DNA from: Ophelia neglecta
Lineage: Eukaryota
NCBI GenBank assembly: GCA_965285935.1
Contig: OZ260663.1
Coordinates: forward strand, 34,224,001 to 34,288,000
Direction: 5' to 3'
DNA: 64,000 nucleotides
How positions within the stretch are numbered: the first letter of the stretch is position 1; each line of letters opens with the position of its first letter. Of the stretch, positions 36,684 to 49,500 are shown one piece after another. The notes beneath the pieces were generated by a model. It made no database searches. It was given only the letters and a program-made list of their open reading frames with translations, and was not told where the DNA came from. A program made the position numbers and the translations under genes.

Positions 36684-37909
36684 TGACCTAAGCTATAGTC
36701 TGACAAGGCCATTCTCAGGGAGGCTGATGAACATTTATAATCTTGGAATAAATAAAAAAAAGTGCACTACCATATGTGTATATAGTTGGTCAGTTGTGTA
36801 CTCATTTCGCTGATCGTTACTTTCCTTAATGAAAATAAAAGGTTAAAAATTGTTCAAGTTGCTATTTTTTCCTGATGCTGTGGAATAAAAGTCAGTTAAT
36901 CTCTTAACGTGCTTGTCACTACTCTCACTTTATTCCCCTGATTAATGTGTTTGAATGCTGACCTTCTTGTCAGAACATTCGAATAAACTAAAACTGACAG
37001 CGCAATCATACTCGTCCAACGAAGTAAAAATGAAGCAAAACTTTGTTGGTTATCGTATCTGCTTAGATATTGTATTAGAGCATTCTTGTTTGCCAATTCA
37101 TAATTATACCAAATAGGCAAGGTTTCACTTAAATCAGCTGATCTCGTATGAAGCCGAAAGAGAAACCTGCACTTATTTTCAGCTTCAATTTTACTACTTT
37201 TATTTTACACGAAAGTTGCAAAATGCATCTGCTACTGATGTCTGCTATCATAATGTTACGGCTTTGAACTTATTTTTAGGTTATTGAATGTAATTTAAAA
37301 GGGCAATCTTGCCCAAAAGTGTGACATGTGTGTCACAGTTATTTTCACAAATATACTGGCCCAATGACACAAATCCCCGCAGCGGTTCTCGCAAGCTTCT
37401 CAGGTTAAAAACCTGGCCGATTTCAATTGCCAAATATCTTTTACGAGTATCGTTCTAGAAATAAAGCCATCTGGACGTATATGTGATGTATGTTACATTT
37501 CTTCAGCTACTGCTGAGTGACAGGGCTACATTTAAGCTTTGTTTGGCCAGGCTAATTCTGCATGACGAACTAAAGCCTATAGTTAATTATGTATGATTAA
37601 CTATATTAAATAATAATACATTATACTAATAATAAGCGTTAGTGTTAGTAATCTATAGATCTGTATGTGACCCATCACATTAACATTCAGCATGTGCGGC
37701 CCCATAATATTTTCAGTTAGGTTAAAAGTCAGGTTTAAGCAACCTTAACCACCATATTCGGGCATAGTTCAATTACATACCAGGTACGTCTTCACATAAA
37801 AAATCTAGAAATGAAATCTAACCATTTATCACTGTGCGAGTTACCGCATCTTGCGAGGGTTTGCTGTAGAATCTAATAGCGGTGGGCATTGGACATTCAA
37901 TCACTTCCG

Positions 37910-40900
37910 ATGGCTACCACAGCACTGAGACGAATCCATCTTTGTGGGCGACAATATATTGGACGTTTTCAAAAACGATCTCGAATCTATGGGACTAACG
38001 TACCAAAGAACTCAAGGTGTGCAAGCCATTACCCAATCAATGATGATTTATTTGGCTTTACAGAGGAACAAAAACAGGTATATATGTATTAAATAAGTAT
38101 ATTTTGCGTATCATGGACAATATTTCACCTCCCAATTGATTATTGGTTTTATGTACAATGTTTTTTAAGAATCACACAAAACAGCCTTTCCACTAGGCTT
38201 TACTACTTTACGTGGATTGTGTTGTATCATCAGGTAGTTTTAAAGACTGAAATATAAATATATATATATTTATATTGAAGATTCATAAATCATTTAGGAA
38301 ACTAGGGGACACAAGGACAACATTACGATCGAAAACCATGCTGTCTATAACATAGGTTCTTATATTGTTATTACTTGTGAGGTTACTTATTTGTTTAGTT
38401 GCGGCCTTTGGACTTCTTGCCAGCACTCATTGAAATTCAATGTGCAAGTTGGTTGCCTACTGTCGGATGTTAAACATGTCCTTGTATCATATAGGGCTAT
38501 GAAGAAATATCACTTCGCCATTTGATAACATACTAACATCCATCCAACTGGTCCCGTGGGGTTATTGGCTATACCCGCATTCTGCTTCCACGTACACTGG
38601 GAGCGGCAGATTATCACAGGCGTACACTGTGTTGTATATTATTTCTTTGACGTCATACTGTTTGAAGCAGTAGATTCTTACTATCGAATGGACCACTAAA
38701 ACAGAAATATTTTTATTTGGAGAACATTTCTGGGCGTTATCGAGTCTCGGTATATGCGTAGGCACGAATCTATTTAAGCGAAGGCATTCTCTTATACAGA
38801 GGGCAGCGGTCGCACCTCTGATAAAAAGAGCCTACACACGGGTCATGTTGGATAACCATAAGTGGGAAACACCAAAAAAAAGAAGAAAATATATGATAAT
38901 TGTTGTCATGTTTCAAGACACATTACTATTTTCAAACGGAGCATTCTAGTCATGCCTTGGACGGTGATTGAGTGGTAGGAGTAAGACGGAGGGCAGGTTT
39001 ATTAAATGAACTATTAGTTTGCATCTTTTTGAATGTGTATTAAACTTATTTACTATTATCATAAGAGAAAAACATTAATGTATTAAAGGATGAAACCCTT
39101 GAAATACATAATACGCTAACCTGGTATACGCATGGCGATGCTGCTGCTTAAAAATATTCACAGAATCAAAATATTAGCCGATATTCATGCAAGTCTAACA
39201 GTAATAGTACAGTCGTGTTGCTGTTTATATTTTTAGCTCCGCCAGGCAGTATTCAACTTTGCCCAAGACGAAATAGCACCTATAGCGCAAAAAATTGATC
39301 ACGACAACGCTATTCCAAACATGAGGGTAGGGTGCTCATATTGTCAGGTGTTGGTTGTGTTACTTCCTTAGTGTGACCAAACGGATGAATAGCAACAAAT
39401 AAACATTATCGTTAAAACCTCAATGACACGTGTCTAATTTATTTATGAAATATGGCAATGTACTATAATTACTATATTATAATGCAATTAAATTTATTGG
39501 GCGATTTTATTTTATTAAACTTTCTGTTGAGTTTATTGCTAGGATTAATATGATTTTAAGTATATTATTCACCTGTTTTTGTTTTTGGACAGGAATTATG
39601 GTTGAAAAGCGGAGCGCTGGGCCTGCTAGGAATCACGGCTCCCTGTACGTTTGACAATCAGAAGACCATACTATCAATTTCTTCCTCGATGATTGAAACA
39701 ATTGATTTCCTTTTTTTATAATTAGACGCTAAAGCTACGTTGTGGTTAAATAAGAATTAATATTTGGTTTTAAAACGTGCACAGATGCAGGCTGTATCTG
39801 TCAGCCGTCTGCAATTTGGCTTGTTCTAAAGATTTGACTTAATTATTACTGTACACTTATATTGTAGTAAAATATGGCGGGAGCGGAGCAAATGTGAGCG
39901 AGCAGTGTATTGTGATGGAGGAGATTGGACGAGCGAGCGCTTCTGTAGCGCTAAGCATGGGAGCTCACTCCAACCTCTGTATCAACCAGTTAGTACGGAA
40001 CGGTACAGAGGAACAGAAACAAAAGTTTTTGCCAGATGTAAACCATTTTAGACAATATTTACATAAAGACCATTTTAACTTTATTCATTCATAATCATAT
40101 AAACTCACAACGGTGGAAGGTTTACTTTAAAATTACCAATGTTCTGCACAAGTCAAATCTAAGTACCGTTCCTAGTACGTTCTTATCCCTATGTCAATAC
40201 TAATTAAAAAAGATTAAGTTAAGACACATAAGAGCAAATTATGCTGCAACACTGAGATTTTTAAGGTATTGGGCTTCGGATTTCAAACGGAGAATCACAT
40301 AACATGTGATTCGGTGTATATACACAAGGGTGTTAGCTGTTGATGTAGGATAAGGAGGGGGGGGGGGGGGGGATTGCAACAGGGTTACCGTGATGTGGTT
40401 TAGCGCATCGATCGGACCCTTCTTTTGTTTATTTATATAAGATTTGGTTTTCCGTAGAATTTATGTTAATATCTTCTATTATAAAAAAGGATTATTGTTT
40501 TAGCTTTGTTCGGGAAAGCATATTGGAGGTCTTGCAATGAGTGAAGTGGGCGCCGGATCTGACGTAGTCTCCATGAAATGTCATGCGCAAAAGAAAGGTA
40601 ATGTTCGAAAATCTCTTGCTGTCTAACTTGCAAGGAAAGCTTTGGATTAAGGACGGTCTCGCGTTGGTTTTCCTTAGCTTTGTTTCATCTAAGCAGCCGG
40701 TCCTCCTCATACATTACTATGTTCATACTATAAACAACAGGTGATCATTTTGTGTTGAACGGGACAAAATTCTGGATTACAAACGGACCGGTGGCGGACA
40801 TACTAATTGTCTACGCCAAAACAGACTTTAACCCTCTTAAACCCCAGCATGGCGTTACTGCCTTCATCGTAGAAAAGGTAAGTGGGATAACACTTCATAA

Positions 40901-43292
40901 TCATCATTAATGTATGCGAATCATGAGTATATTTCTATCAATAAAAAGCAAAATCAATTAGCCTAATAAAAATGCATGGTATAACAACGTTCGGTGCCAA
41001 GATTAGAGCTAAAATAGCATGGCAAATATAGTGAATACGGCGTTGACCAGGAATCCAGCTATTCCTACAATAATATGCCTATACCGATGCAACCCTGCAC
41101 TGTGATATAACATTAAAATACCCTGCTCCAAACCCATGGGACCAGCTGGTTCCTGAACTTGGTCACAAAGATCCACCAGTGAGATTCATGATTTATCATC
41201 ATAAGTCACTCCCCTGTCTTTTCCTGCTCAGTCTCCCGTGGGTCAAGTGCTGTCACCAATCCCTCACCCTGTCAGGACCACCAAAGCCTGGCCGAGTGGT
41301 TAGAGCGTTCGCCTCGCAAGTGGTAGATCGGGGTTCGAATCCCGATCGCGTCAAACCCAAGATGTCAGATGAAATGCGCAAATCGCGGATGTATCGCGTA
41401 AGACTCGAAATTTGTGCGTGATTCATGCGTTTACGCGACTTTTGGGTAGTTTGAGCCGGCCTTCAGTAAGATTATCTGAGACCATGTGGGTTATTAAACC
41501 ATCCGTATTTCCCTCACCTCGGTTATATGATTACTTAATTTTATGGCGCGAGGGGGTGGGGTGGGGTGGGGGGAACTGCCAGGAAAGGCACGGTAGGCGT
41601 GGTTCTTAAATAGAGGAGTACTTATTTGTCGACTGTGTTTTTGTCGTCAGGGTATGACTGGATTTCGCCAGGGAGAACCAATGGACAAGCTTGGTCACCG
41701 AGGGTCACCCACCGGAGAACTTATATTTGAGGACTGCATAATACCAGGTGTTGCCTTTGTTAACATTCTTAAGTATCCGTTATATATGTATCCGGCTGGT
41801 AATTAATATGACCCTCTAGTTGTCTGCAGAACTAGAACTTAATGTATCTCATCATGTATTATTGTAATTTAGCAGATATTTCATCGACATAAAGTTTGAT
41901 CATATTTCGTTTTCCCCGTGGTTACAATTAAAAACTAATCAAGCACAGGAGATTACTATTAGGAAATGATTATTATCGTGGCTCGTTTTTTGTACAGAAA
42001 GCAATGTACTTGGCAAGGAGAATAGGGGAGTTTACGTGTTGTTCAGTGGATTGGACATAGAACGTATGGTAGTTACAGCAGGCGGGATAGGGTGAGTATC
42101 GTACTAAACGAACGTTACTATTAACGTTAGTTAACACCGATAAATTAATGTCGTTTTGTTGAATATTCGCCAAGTAAATCGATGAATCCCAGACGACAAT
42201 ATTTGTGTTATCTTTCGACTTGTATTCAAGTTAATCTATATTAACGAAAATAGCATTTTCTTTGCGAGAGTAAAACTATTAATTTTACGAACTCAGTTCA
42301 AACTTTATGTTCCAGAATAATGCAGGCGTGCTGTGACGTAGCTTTTGAGTATGCACATACTAGGAAGCAGTTTGGTACAGTCATAGGAAAGTTTCAGGTG
42401 TGCTATGCGCAGAAGATATTCGTGAACGTCTTAATGAAAACAAATATCAATAGAAATTACAAATTCAATACGAGATTTTTCCCTAAAGCTTTAGCATCGA
42501 TTTCTGTTACATATATTTCTCTTTTATTCGTATATAACATTTCATTGTCATGTTTATTAATCGTTTGGACGATAAGCAACGCTATTCGGCATAGATATTT
42601 ATTTCTTTGGTTTCAACACAGTCTATATAAGAAACATCTTTACAGTTGATACAGGGTAAAATGGCGGAGATGTATGCCTGCCTACAAACCAACAGGTCAT
42701 ATTTGTACTTTGTTGTTCGTGCTGCAGAACAAGGAAACATTTTGCCACAGGTATGATATTTCTTCATTGGAAATAGTAGTATGGTGACAAAAAAGGTGAT
42801 TATCAAATCAAATGATATACTATCTAATAAACTAAAAATGTTTGTTTTTCAATAGTGATATAATTCAGTCGTGAATGTGCTACGCGTCATCGTTACGTGT
42901 CATTCCAGGATGCCGCTGCAGCCTTATTACGCGGGGGAGAAGACTGCGTGAAGGTTGCTCTAGACACTGTTCAAATTCTCGGTGACTGTATTTTTATTTA
43001 TAAATTGCGATGTACAGACTGCGATTTACCGATTTACACATTTGAATTCAGACTCAGCATGTAAATTTTTACAGACACATTTAATGTTTTATTTTTATCA
43101 TGACGTGGCAAGTTCTCTTCTCTTATTGACCAATCGTTTTCTTCCTTTTATTCGTGTAAAGGTGGAAACGGTTACGTAAACGACTACCCGGCCGGACGAT
43201 TGCTGAGAGACTCCAAATTGATGACGATAGGGGGCGGCACAACAGAAATTAGAAAATTGGTTGTAGGGCGAGCAATCAACGATTTCTATTAA
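37910..43292 (+). CDS. IVD: Isovaleryl-CoA dehydrogenase-like, mitochondrial, copy 2 (12 exons)
   Basis: Exons 37910-38077, 39237-39326, 39593-39644, 39868-40037, 40504-40597, 40741-40877, 41651-41747, 41998-42091, 42316-42397, 42646-42750, 42909-42981, 43162-43292. Intron positions and phases match copy 1, and the frame is open throughout. Confidence 0.93.
41286..41365 (+). mobile_element. tRNA-derived SINE head in IVD copy 2 intron 6
   Basis: Pol III A box TGGCCGAGTGG (41289) and B box GGTTCGAATCC (41332); no convincing acceptor stem. Extent of the SINE body not determined. Confidence 0.6.
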
Positions 43293-44178
43293 TAACAGAC
43301 GGAACTCGAAACAATACACTCATCGCTTGGCAACTTTATCGAAGAAGAATTTATTTGTTTGTTTTAACTTCAACAATTGTAAAGTTAAAATTACTAAAAA
43401 TGATCCAGGTGCTTAAGAATTGGTTCTAATGTTGCCCTCAGATTAGTGGCTCAAGTGTATCATCAACACAGTATAATGGGAGCACGTTTGTCAGACAGAT
43501 TAGTGTTTTACCAAACTGTGAAGCAAATTTACGGGATTCCAAATTCAAATGTCATCAATAGTTGTGATAAGTTTCAGACAATATTTTCTTTTGATAATTG
43601 ACAATTCAGACACCCGCATTCATATACAATATATACAACATACATATCAACAAAATGAACTGTATTGCATAATTACAAGCTGTTTTTAGTATAGAGGTTA
43701 TAAATACACTGTTTAAAATTAAAATAAATGTTAAGTGATACAAATGTTGCTTAGTAATTCCTTGATATAATGTAAATGGTTCAAAGGTAATTCCAAAAAA
43801 GTTCGTTAAATAAAGGAAAATAAGCCCAATATATTTTCGCGGTTAATTAATTTAATTTATTTGTTTGCATTAGTGTGTGACCCTATGCTTACGCAAACAA
43901 TGCAATTGCACGTATTTATATAATAATAAAAGACATTTGGGCTGTCTAAAAGCTTTTATAAGAGCCAAGCCTTCCTTTCGTAGTAGAGGCGACCCTCTCT
44001 ATGCACTTCTCGTTGGCCTAACTATTGGGCACGAGGTGTGTGTAAGGAACACTCCCTCTTATAAGAATTGAAGGCGAGACCGTACAGAAGTCAGCGGAAA
44101 ACTCATCATTTGTTGTTGTCTTGTTAGTCCTAAAATCCCTCGACCAACTGAGGAAATGGGTCGTTAGAATATCGGACA

Positions 44179-44674
44179 CTACTGGTGTTTTGTAGCTGTT
44201 GAAACTATGAATTTCATCGATGTTCTGGTTGTTACTGTTGTTGTACTGATGAAGGGGGGATGCCACAAATAAGTGACTTTTAAAATGTTGGTATCCACCT
44301 CGCCCTCAGAGAAGCAGTTTGATATTCGTTCGCGGCTGACTTGTACAAGAAAATCAGATTTTCCGATAAGCCTTCCATAAAAAACCGTTAGAAACACTTC
44401 TACTTTCCGTCTTTGACCGGAACATACCGTTAAGTTGTTAGTGACATCTGCAAAAAGATATACTTGTCAATATTTTTCTTCTAATAAACATTCCTTACAA
44501 ATGTAATAACACCGGTTGTGAAACACTCACACTTTATTTATTTGCGTTAAAATAAATAATTCTACCCGTCTTCAATTGATGAGCAAAAAACCAATGAAAT
44601 GTATAAATACGCCCGGGTGAAAATGTGGCACCGCAAATACAAAGGAGCAACAGAGAAGTAGTATTCCAGACCAT
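44179..44674 (-). CDS. Possible small secreted orphan protein or pseudogene (2 exons, ~125 aa)
   Basis: 44674-44566 (MVWNTTSLLLLCICGATFS..., signal-peptide-like) splices in frame to 44447-44179 (Thr-rich end). The donor is weak and I recognise no family. Confidence 0.3.
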
Positions 44675-46569
44675 TGATAAGATTATTTCTACCTATGCCA
44701 CAGGCAAATATTGTATAAATTATATTGACCTCCGAGGAAGTAAATGGCATTTCGCTTTTTTAGCTTGAACAGGTTCATTGGCGTTTTCGGCCAGGATATG
44801 TGGGTCAAACTCGCGAGCATCGCAAAGCAAACATCGTAAGTCCAGGAGAGTGTTTACATTCAGCGACCGTCTAAAGTAGGGTCAATTTAGCTTCGGATGT
44901 CAATGTTGAACAAATATTGTAAGTCAAATGTCAAAGGTATTCTTTTGTCAGCAGCATGATATCAAAACATTCGCAACGCTGACATACAGTTCATTTGCCG
45001 GGCATGAATGACAAGTGTATTTTTACTCAATGTTGTCATGGAAAGTTTTTAAGCATTGCTCCAATGATTAAGTTTATGTGTCACGGGACACGGCTACAAC
45101 ATTCGCTTGTCAAGCTCCATTTGTAATGGAATAAGTTACCTGGTCAAATACATAATTTGAATACCCTGAACCAGTTTAGGGCGGCACATTGATTGTAAAA
45201 TTATTTTGTTGTTGTTAGAACAAAGATTTCGCCATTGTTACCACATTTCAATATTTTGGGATTACTCAACTAATTGTTGTTAGGTTAAGATATATTGAAA
45301 ATGTTATCATATCTTATAAAAAATATGTTGTTTGTAGGATATACGCAAAATAGGTGATTTGGTATAGTTGAGGGTAGGTCTGATTTATTTTACATAAGTT
45401 AATAAATAAAAACACAAATTTAATTTGATTTATATCATTCATGGCCTATTGGATCTAAGGCACACCGTTTCACCAGTAATTCAATTATTTTGTGAAATTG
45501 AATTTGGCATTTAGAAATAGAAATTTCATATTTCTGTAATAAAACCAATTTGACTCTGCTATAAAACCATAAGATCAAATATATGCCATGTCAAAATATT
45601 TTTCGACACATTTTGAGCCATTATGAATTCAGCTTGACACAAATCGAAATTAACTTGACATGTCAACATTATAATTTTTAATAGGCATTTTATGTATGTG
45701 AGTTGCGTTGAAGGATTTCTAGGACACTGTATATGTATTGATATTAACGATCACTATTCCATACGGAAATTGTTATGTTCATTATCAGCCCACAGGCAAA
45801 CATTTAAGAATAATTGTATAAAACGAGCGACATGTATTGCTGACAACATTTATTAGCACAGTCAGTTTACGAATCTTATCATTTTATAACTAGGCCCTAT
45901 GATACATTTTATCCACAAAACAACCACGTACAAGAGAACACTAGATGTTTAAGTCCCTTAGAGATATAGTAATAAACGATTTAAGAATGAAAAACTTCAT
46001 GGAAATACAATAAATTTAAAAGCTCTTATGCTTTAACTCTATCCTATAAATGACTGGCAATGTTTACAAAAAGCATAATAACATGAATATATTGAGGAAT
46101 GCATGCATTAATGTAATTCTAAATCACACAAATGCATTTCATTAAACAACTTTAGAATTGTGTATGTTCAACATAGGTCGTCATGGTTGTACAAATGTGT
46201 ATATTCACATAATGCTGACATTGATGATTAAAGTCAGTTATTAACTTATGTAATTCCTCGTTCCGCCTATATCATGCAAGTAATGAATAGGTTGATATGA
46301 ATATTTAAGTTTTTATTGCTCACTCGTATTAACAGGGTTATAAAGTAAAGTTGTAGTACTACCAACGGAACCCATTGGGCCGCATTGACACTGCTATTTT
46401 AGGGCATTCCATATTTGAGTAGAGATACGAATAATTAACTTTATATTTATTAACAATGCTAACGAGAGCCTCTTATCGGTCATACTGATTATTTTCGGAA
46501 AATCGTAAGTCTGTTCCTTTCTGTTAAGTAATCTGTGGACAAAACCAATTCACCATCTTCTTCATATAG

Positions 46570-49500
46570 TTAATGTACGGTCACAACTGTGCTGCCTGTC
46601 CTCTTTGTAGAATCCTCGCTATTTGTAGTTTTCTCGCCAGACAACGGGATGTTGATTTTTCCACACGTCATCCACCTTATGATTTGTTTATAGCTGTCCT
46701 GTAACGGAACATGTCAAAGAGGACATACGCATATATTTACCTCAGCACCCGTCTAACTAAATAACAAAAGTTGATACATACGGCGAAATGGACATTGGTA
46801 AATCCATAGATAATGCAGTTGCCAGTCGAATGCATGTGTGCAAATAACAGGACGAACATGTGTACCTATTCAAAGACAGACGTTTATAATATTAGTTTAT
46901 GAAATGATATGCCAAGAGTTACAATGACAAATTGATTTTTCCCTATTTCGACCATAGGTACAACTTCCGAATGCGCCAAAAGCTTATATTTTTACCTTTA
47001 AAAAAATTCTGAACCCCCCCCCCCCAAATACCCGCCCGAAGAAACGCCCCCTCCAATTTCCATGTTATACTGCATAACGGGTAACCAGTCATATATTTTA
47101 CCTCTTCTCCAGCCTATTTACCTCTTTATCACCAACGGACTAACCTTATTGTCAGGCTTAGAGTTAGAAAATTATTCGACAAGGTTAGTCACCAACACCT
47201 GCTTGTGAAAAATGGTCACTATGGGCTAAGCAGCCAAACCAATAAGTTTTGGTCCTCTTCCCTGTCAAATGGATCCCCAAATGTTGTTTATGATGGTGAA
47301 TTTTTGGAGGACATCGCATTTACCTCGCGTACCCCACAGGGCTCTGTACTGGGCCCTGTTCTATTCATGGTGTATATCAATGACCACATAAGACGAGGAA
47401 GGGTTCGGCTCTTTGCTGACGACGTATTTTGTTTGCCCAAAAGTCGTAAGTCTTCTCCAGATTCTCTCCTGTTACAGCAGACCTCTCAGCTCTTGAGAGG
47501 TGGGAATCAGACTGGCACATGCATTTTAACAAATCAAAGTGTGTCAACTTGCCTGTTAACAGACTGGAAGTCATGCGCATACAATGTATGCCACATGCTG
47601 ATGTACGGGCAACCGATGAAACTGTTTCAAGGTAAAGGGAATGTGAGCATAACGAGGCGTTCCTGTTATAACACGGGCAGCAAAATTCAATAATTTCTAC
47701 AAGCTCGACAAGAGCCTTCGATATTCCACATAAGACAATATTGCCATAGTCTAGTCTAGACACAATCAGAGCTTAGACTAAGGTTTTACACACCTCGGAA
47801 ACCCTCGGCTTATCCTCCGCAACTGATCATTGCATGCTTAAACAGTTTGTAGAAGGCCGACAAAATTTAGTCCTTGTGAATCCAAAGATAAAGGTGGCCT
47901 TTATGCATTACAGTGGATTAAACATATTTCCTCAGTGGGAAATTTTTAATTGAAAATTTGGGATAATCGGAAGGATTTGGAACAAACAATTGGTTATTTT
48001 TAACAATGTTCGGGTTGTCGTGCATTTTACTCACCAATATCATGCCTGTTACACTGAGCGAGATATAGGTTTTGTGCCATTTATGACCATGCGTTTATAA
48101 TGCTTATTACCCCCTTCAGGTAACATTGGCCACACTATATTAACTCAGCATACGTGCCCCACCTATTTAGCCATGGTTGACCTCAATGGTTATTAACTGT
48201 CCAAACACGTTTCTTGTGGTCAAAATGTGCAGTCACTTAGCCATTCATGTAGCCTAGAGTAGGCAAGTAGACAAACAACGGCTGGTTAACAGTGACAGCT
48301 TATAACTCGCTACCACCACAACACGAACAATGTATATTGACAAATTGACCCGGAGCTAACTATGTACATGCACTTAAACGTGCACCTATACTTGTGATTT
48401 AATTGGGTAAGTTTGATAGCCTCTGATGTAAGGCAATTTGATTTTTTTGGGTTGTACAAGGATGACTTTTTCGCCCTCCCCTTACCCAATTCTGACACTA
48501 TTGCCTAGTCTTAATGTTCTATCGCCGCCCATCCTAGCCTTCGTCCATCTCTTTCTGTTCCCCCTCTCACCTCCATTCCGTCTTCCCCTCCTTCCTTCTA
48601 CAGTTCTATAGCAGTTTCTCGTGTTCAGAGACATTTGAGCCGTTTTTCCTCTTTAGTTTTAAAACTCGCAGCATGGAAAATTGTTGACTTTTTCTAATGG
48701 CAAATTATTTGAATATATTTATTTTTACATTTACTTTTTGCACTGGGTTTATTTAATCTGTGGGAATTGGATGTGTTTGGACTTTCCGACAGACTTAAAC
48801 TGCCGTTTTACCCTGCTGATATGCGATACGAAGTGTTTTATAACATACCATAGCCTGCTCCATGTTTGAATCAATGCACTATTATAGTCTGTGCATGATG
48901 CAGGGATGTTAGTTTAATGTAATAGATCTGCAACTTACGACGTCAACTCTGGTCTCATTTAGCTAGCTGGGCTTGAGGCAAAACTTGACCTAGACTAGGT
49001 GGGTAATTATAATGTAGTTTGCCGCCGAATCGGCCTGTTGTTATGGTGAAATGCTATAGGCCATAACAATGTTTTTGGTCATTCCAATATTAGGTTGCAT
49101 TAAATTTAGGGTAGCAGCTAGCTTAATCGCTAATAACGCAGTCAATATTCTTATGAAATGGGTGTTCCTTCTCAATTCATATTTGGAAAGCTTCAATAAG
49201 AAAACTGGGCACCTTTCATTTCGAAAAACCTTTTCGTACTTTACCTATTCTCAAAGCACTGAAAGGTAGAAATATATAACTAGCATCCTTACTATCCAGT
49301 TCATGTTGCCTCGCGTGTTCTCCGTTGCAAGGATTCTAGTCCTACTTTCAACTTGCATTCTTTAATTACCATTTTGTATCCTCTTGAGGCTTGATTTATT
49401 AACGATATCTCCAGGACATCCCTTGTGCTCAGACATCTTTTGAGAAACTCTTACTGCAATATTGCATAAAATGCTTGCTTGGCCCCTGATGTAATGCAGT

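Noticed and set aside
41286-41360. Functional tRNA gene
   Set aside because: A and B boxes are present but there is no convincing acceptor stem or Pol III terminator; better explained as a SINE head.
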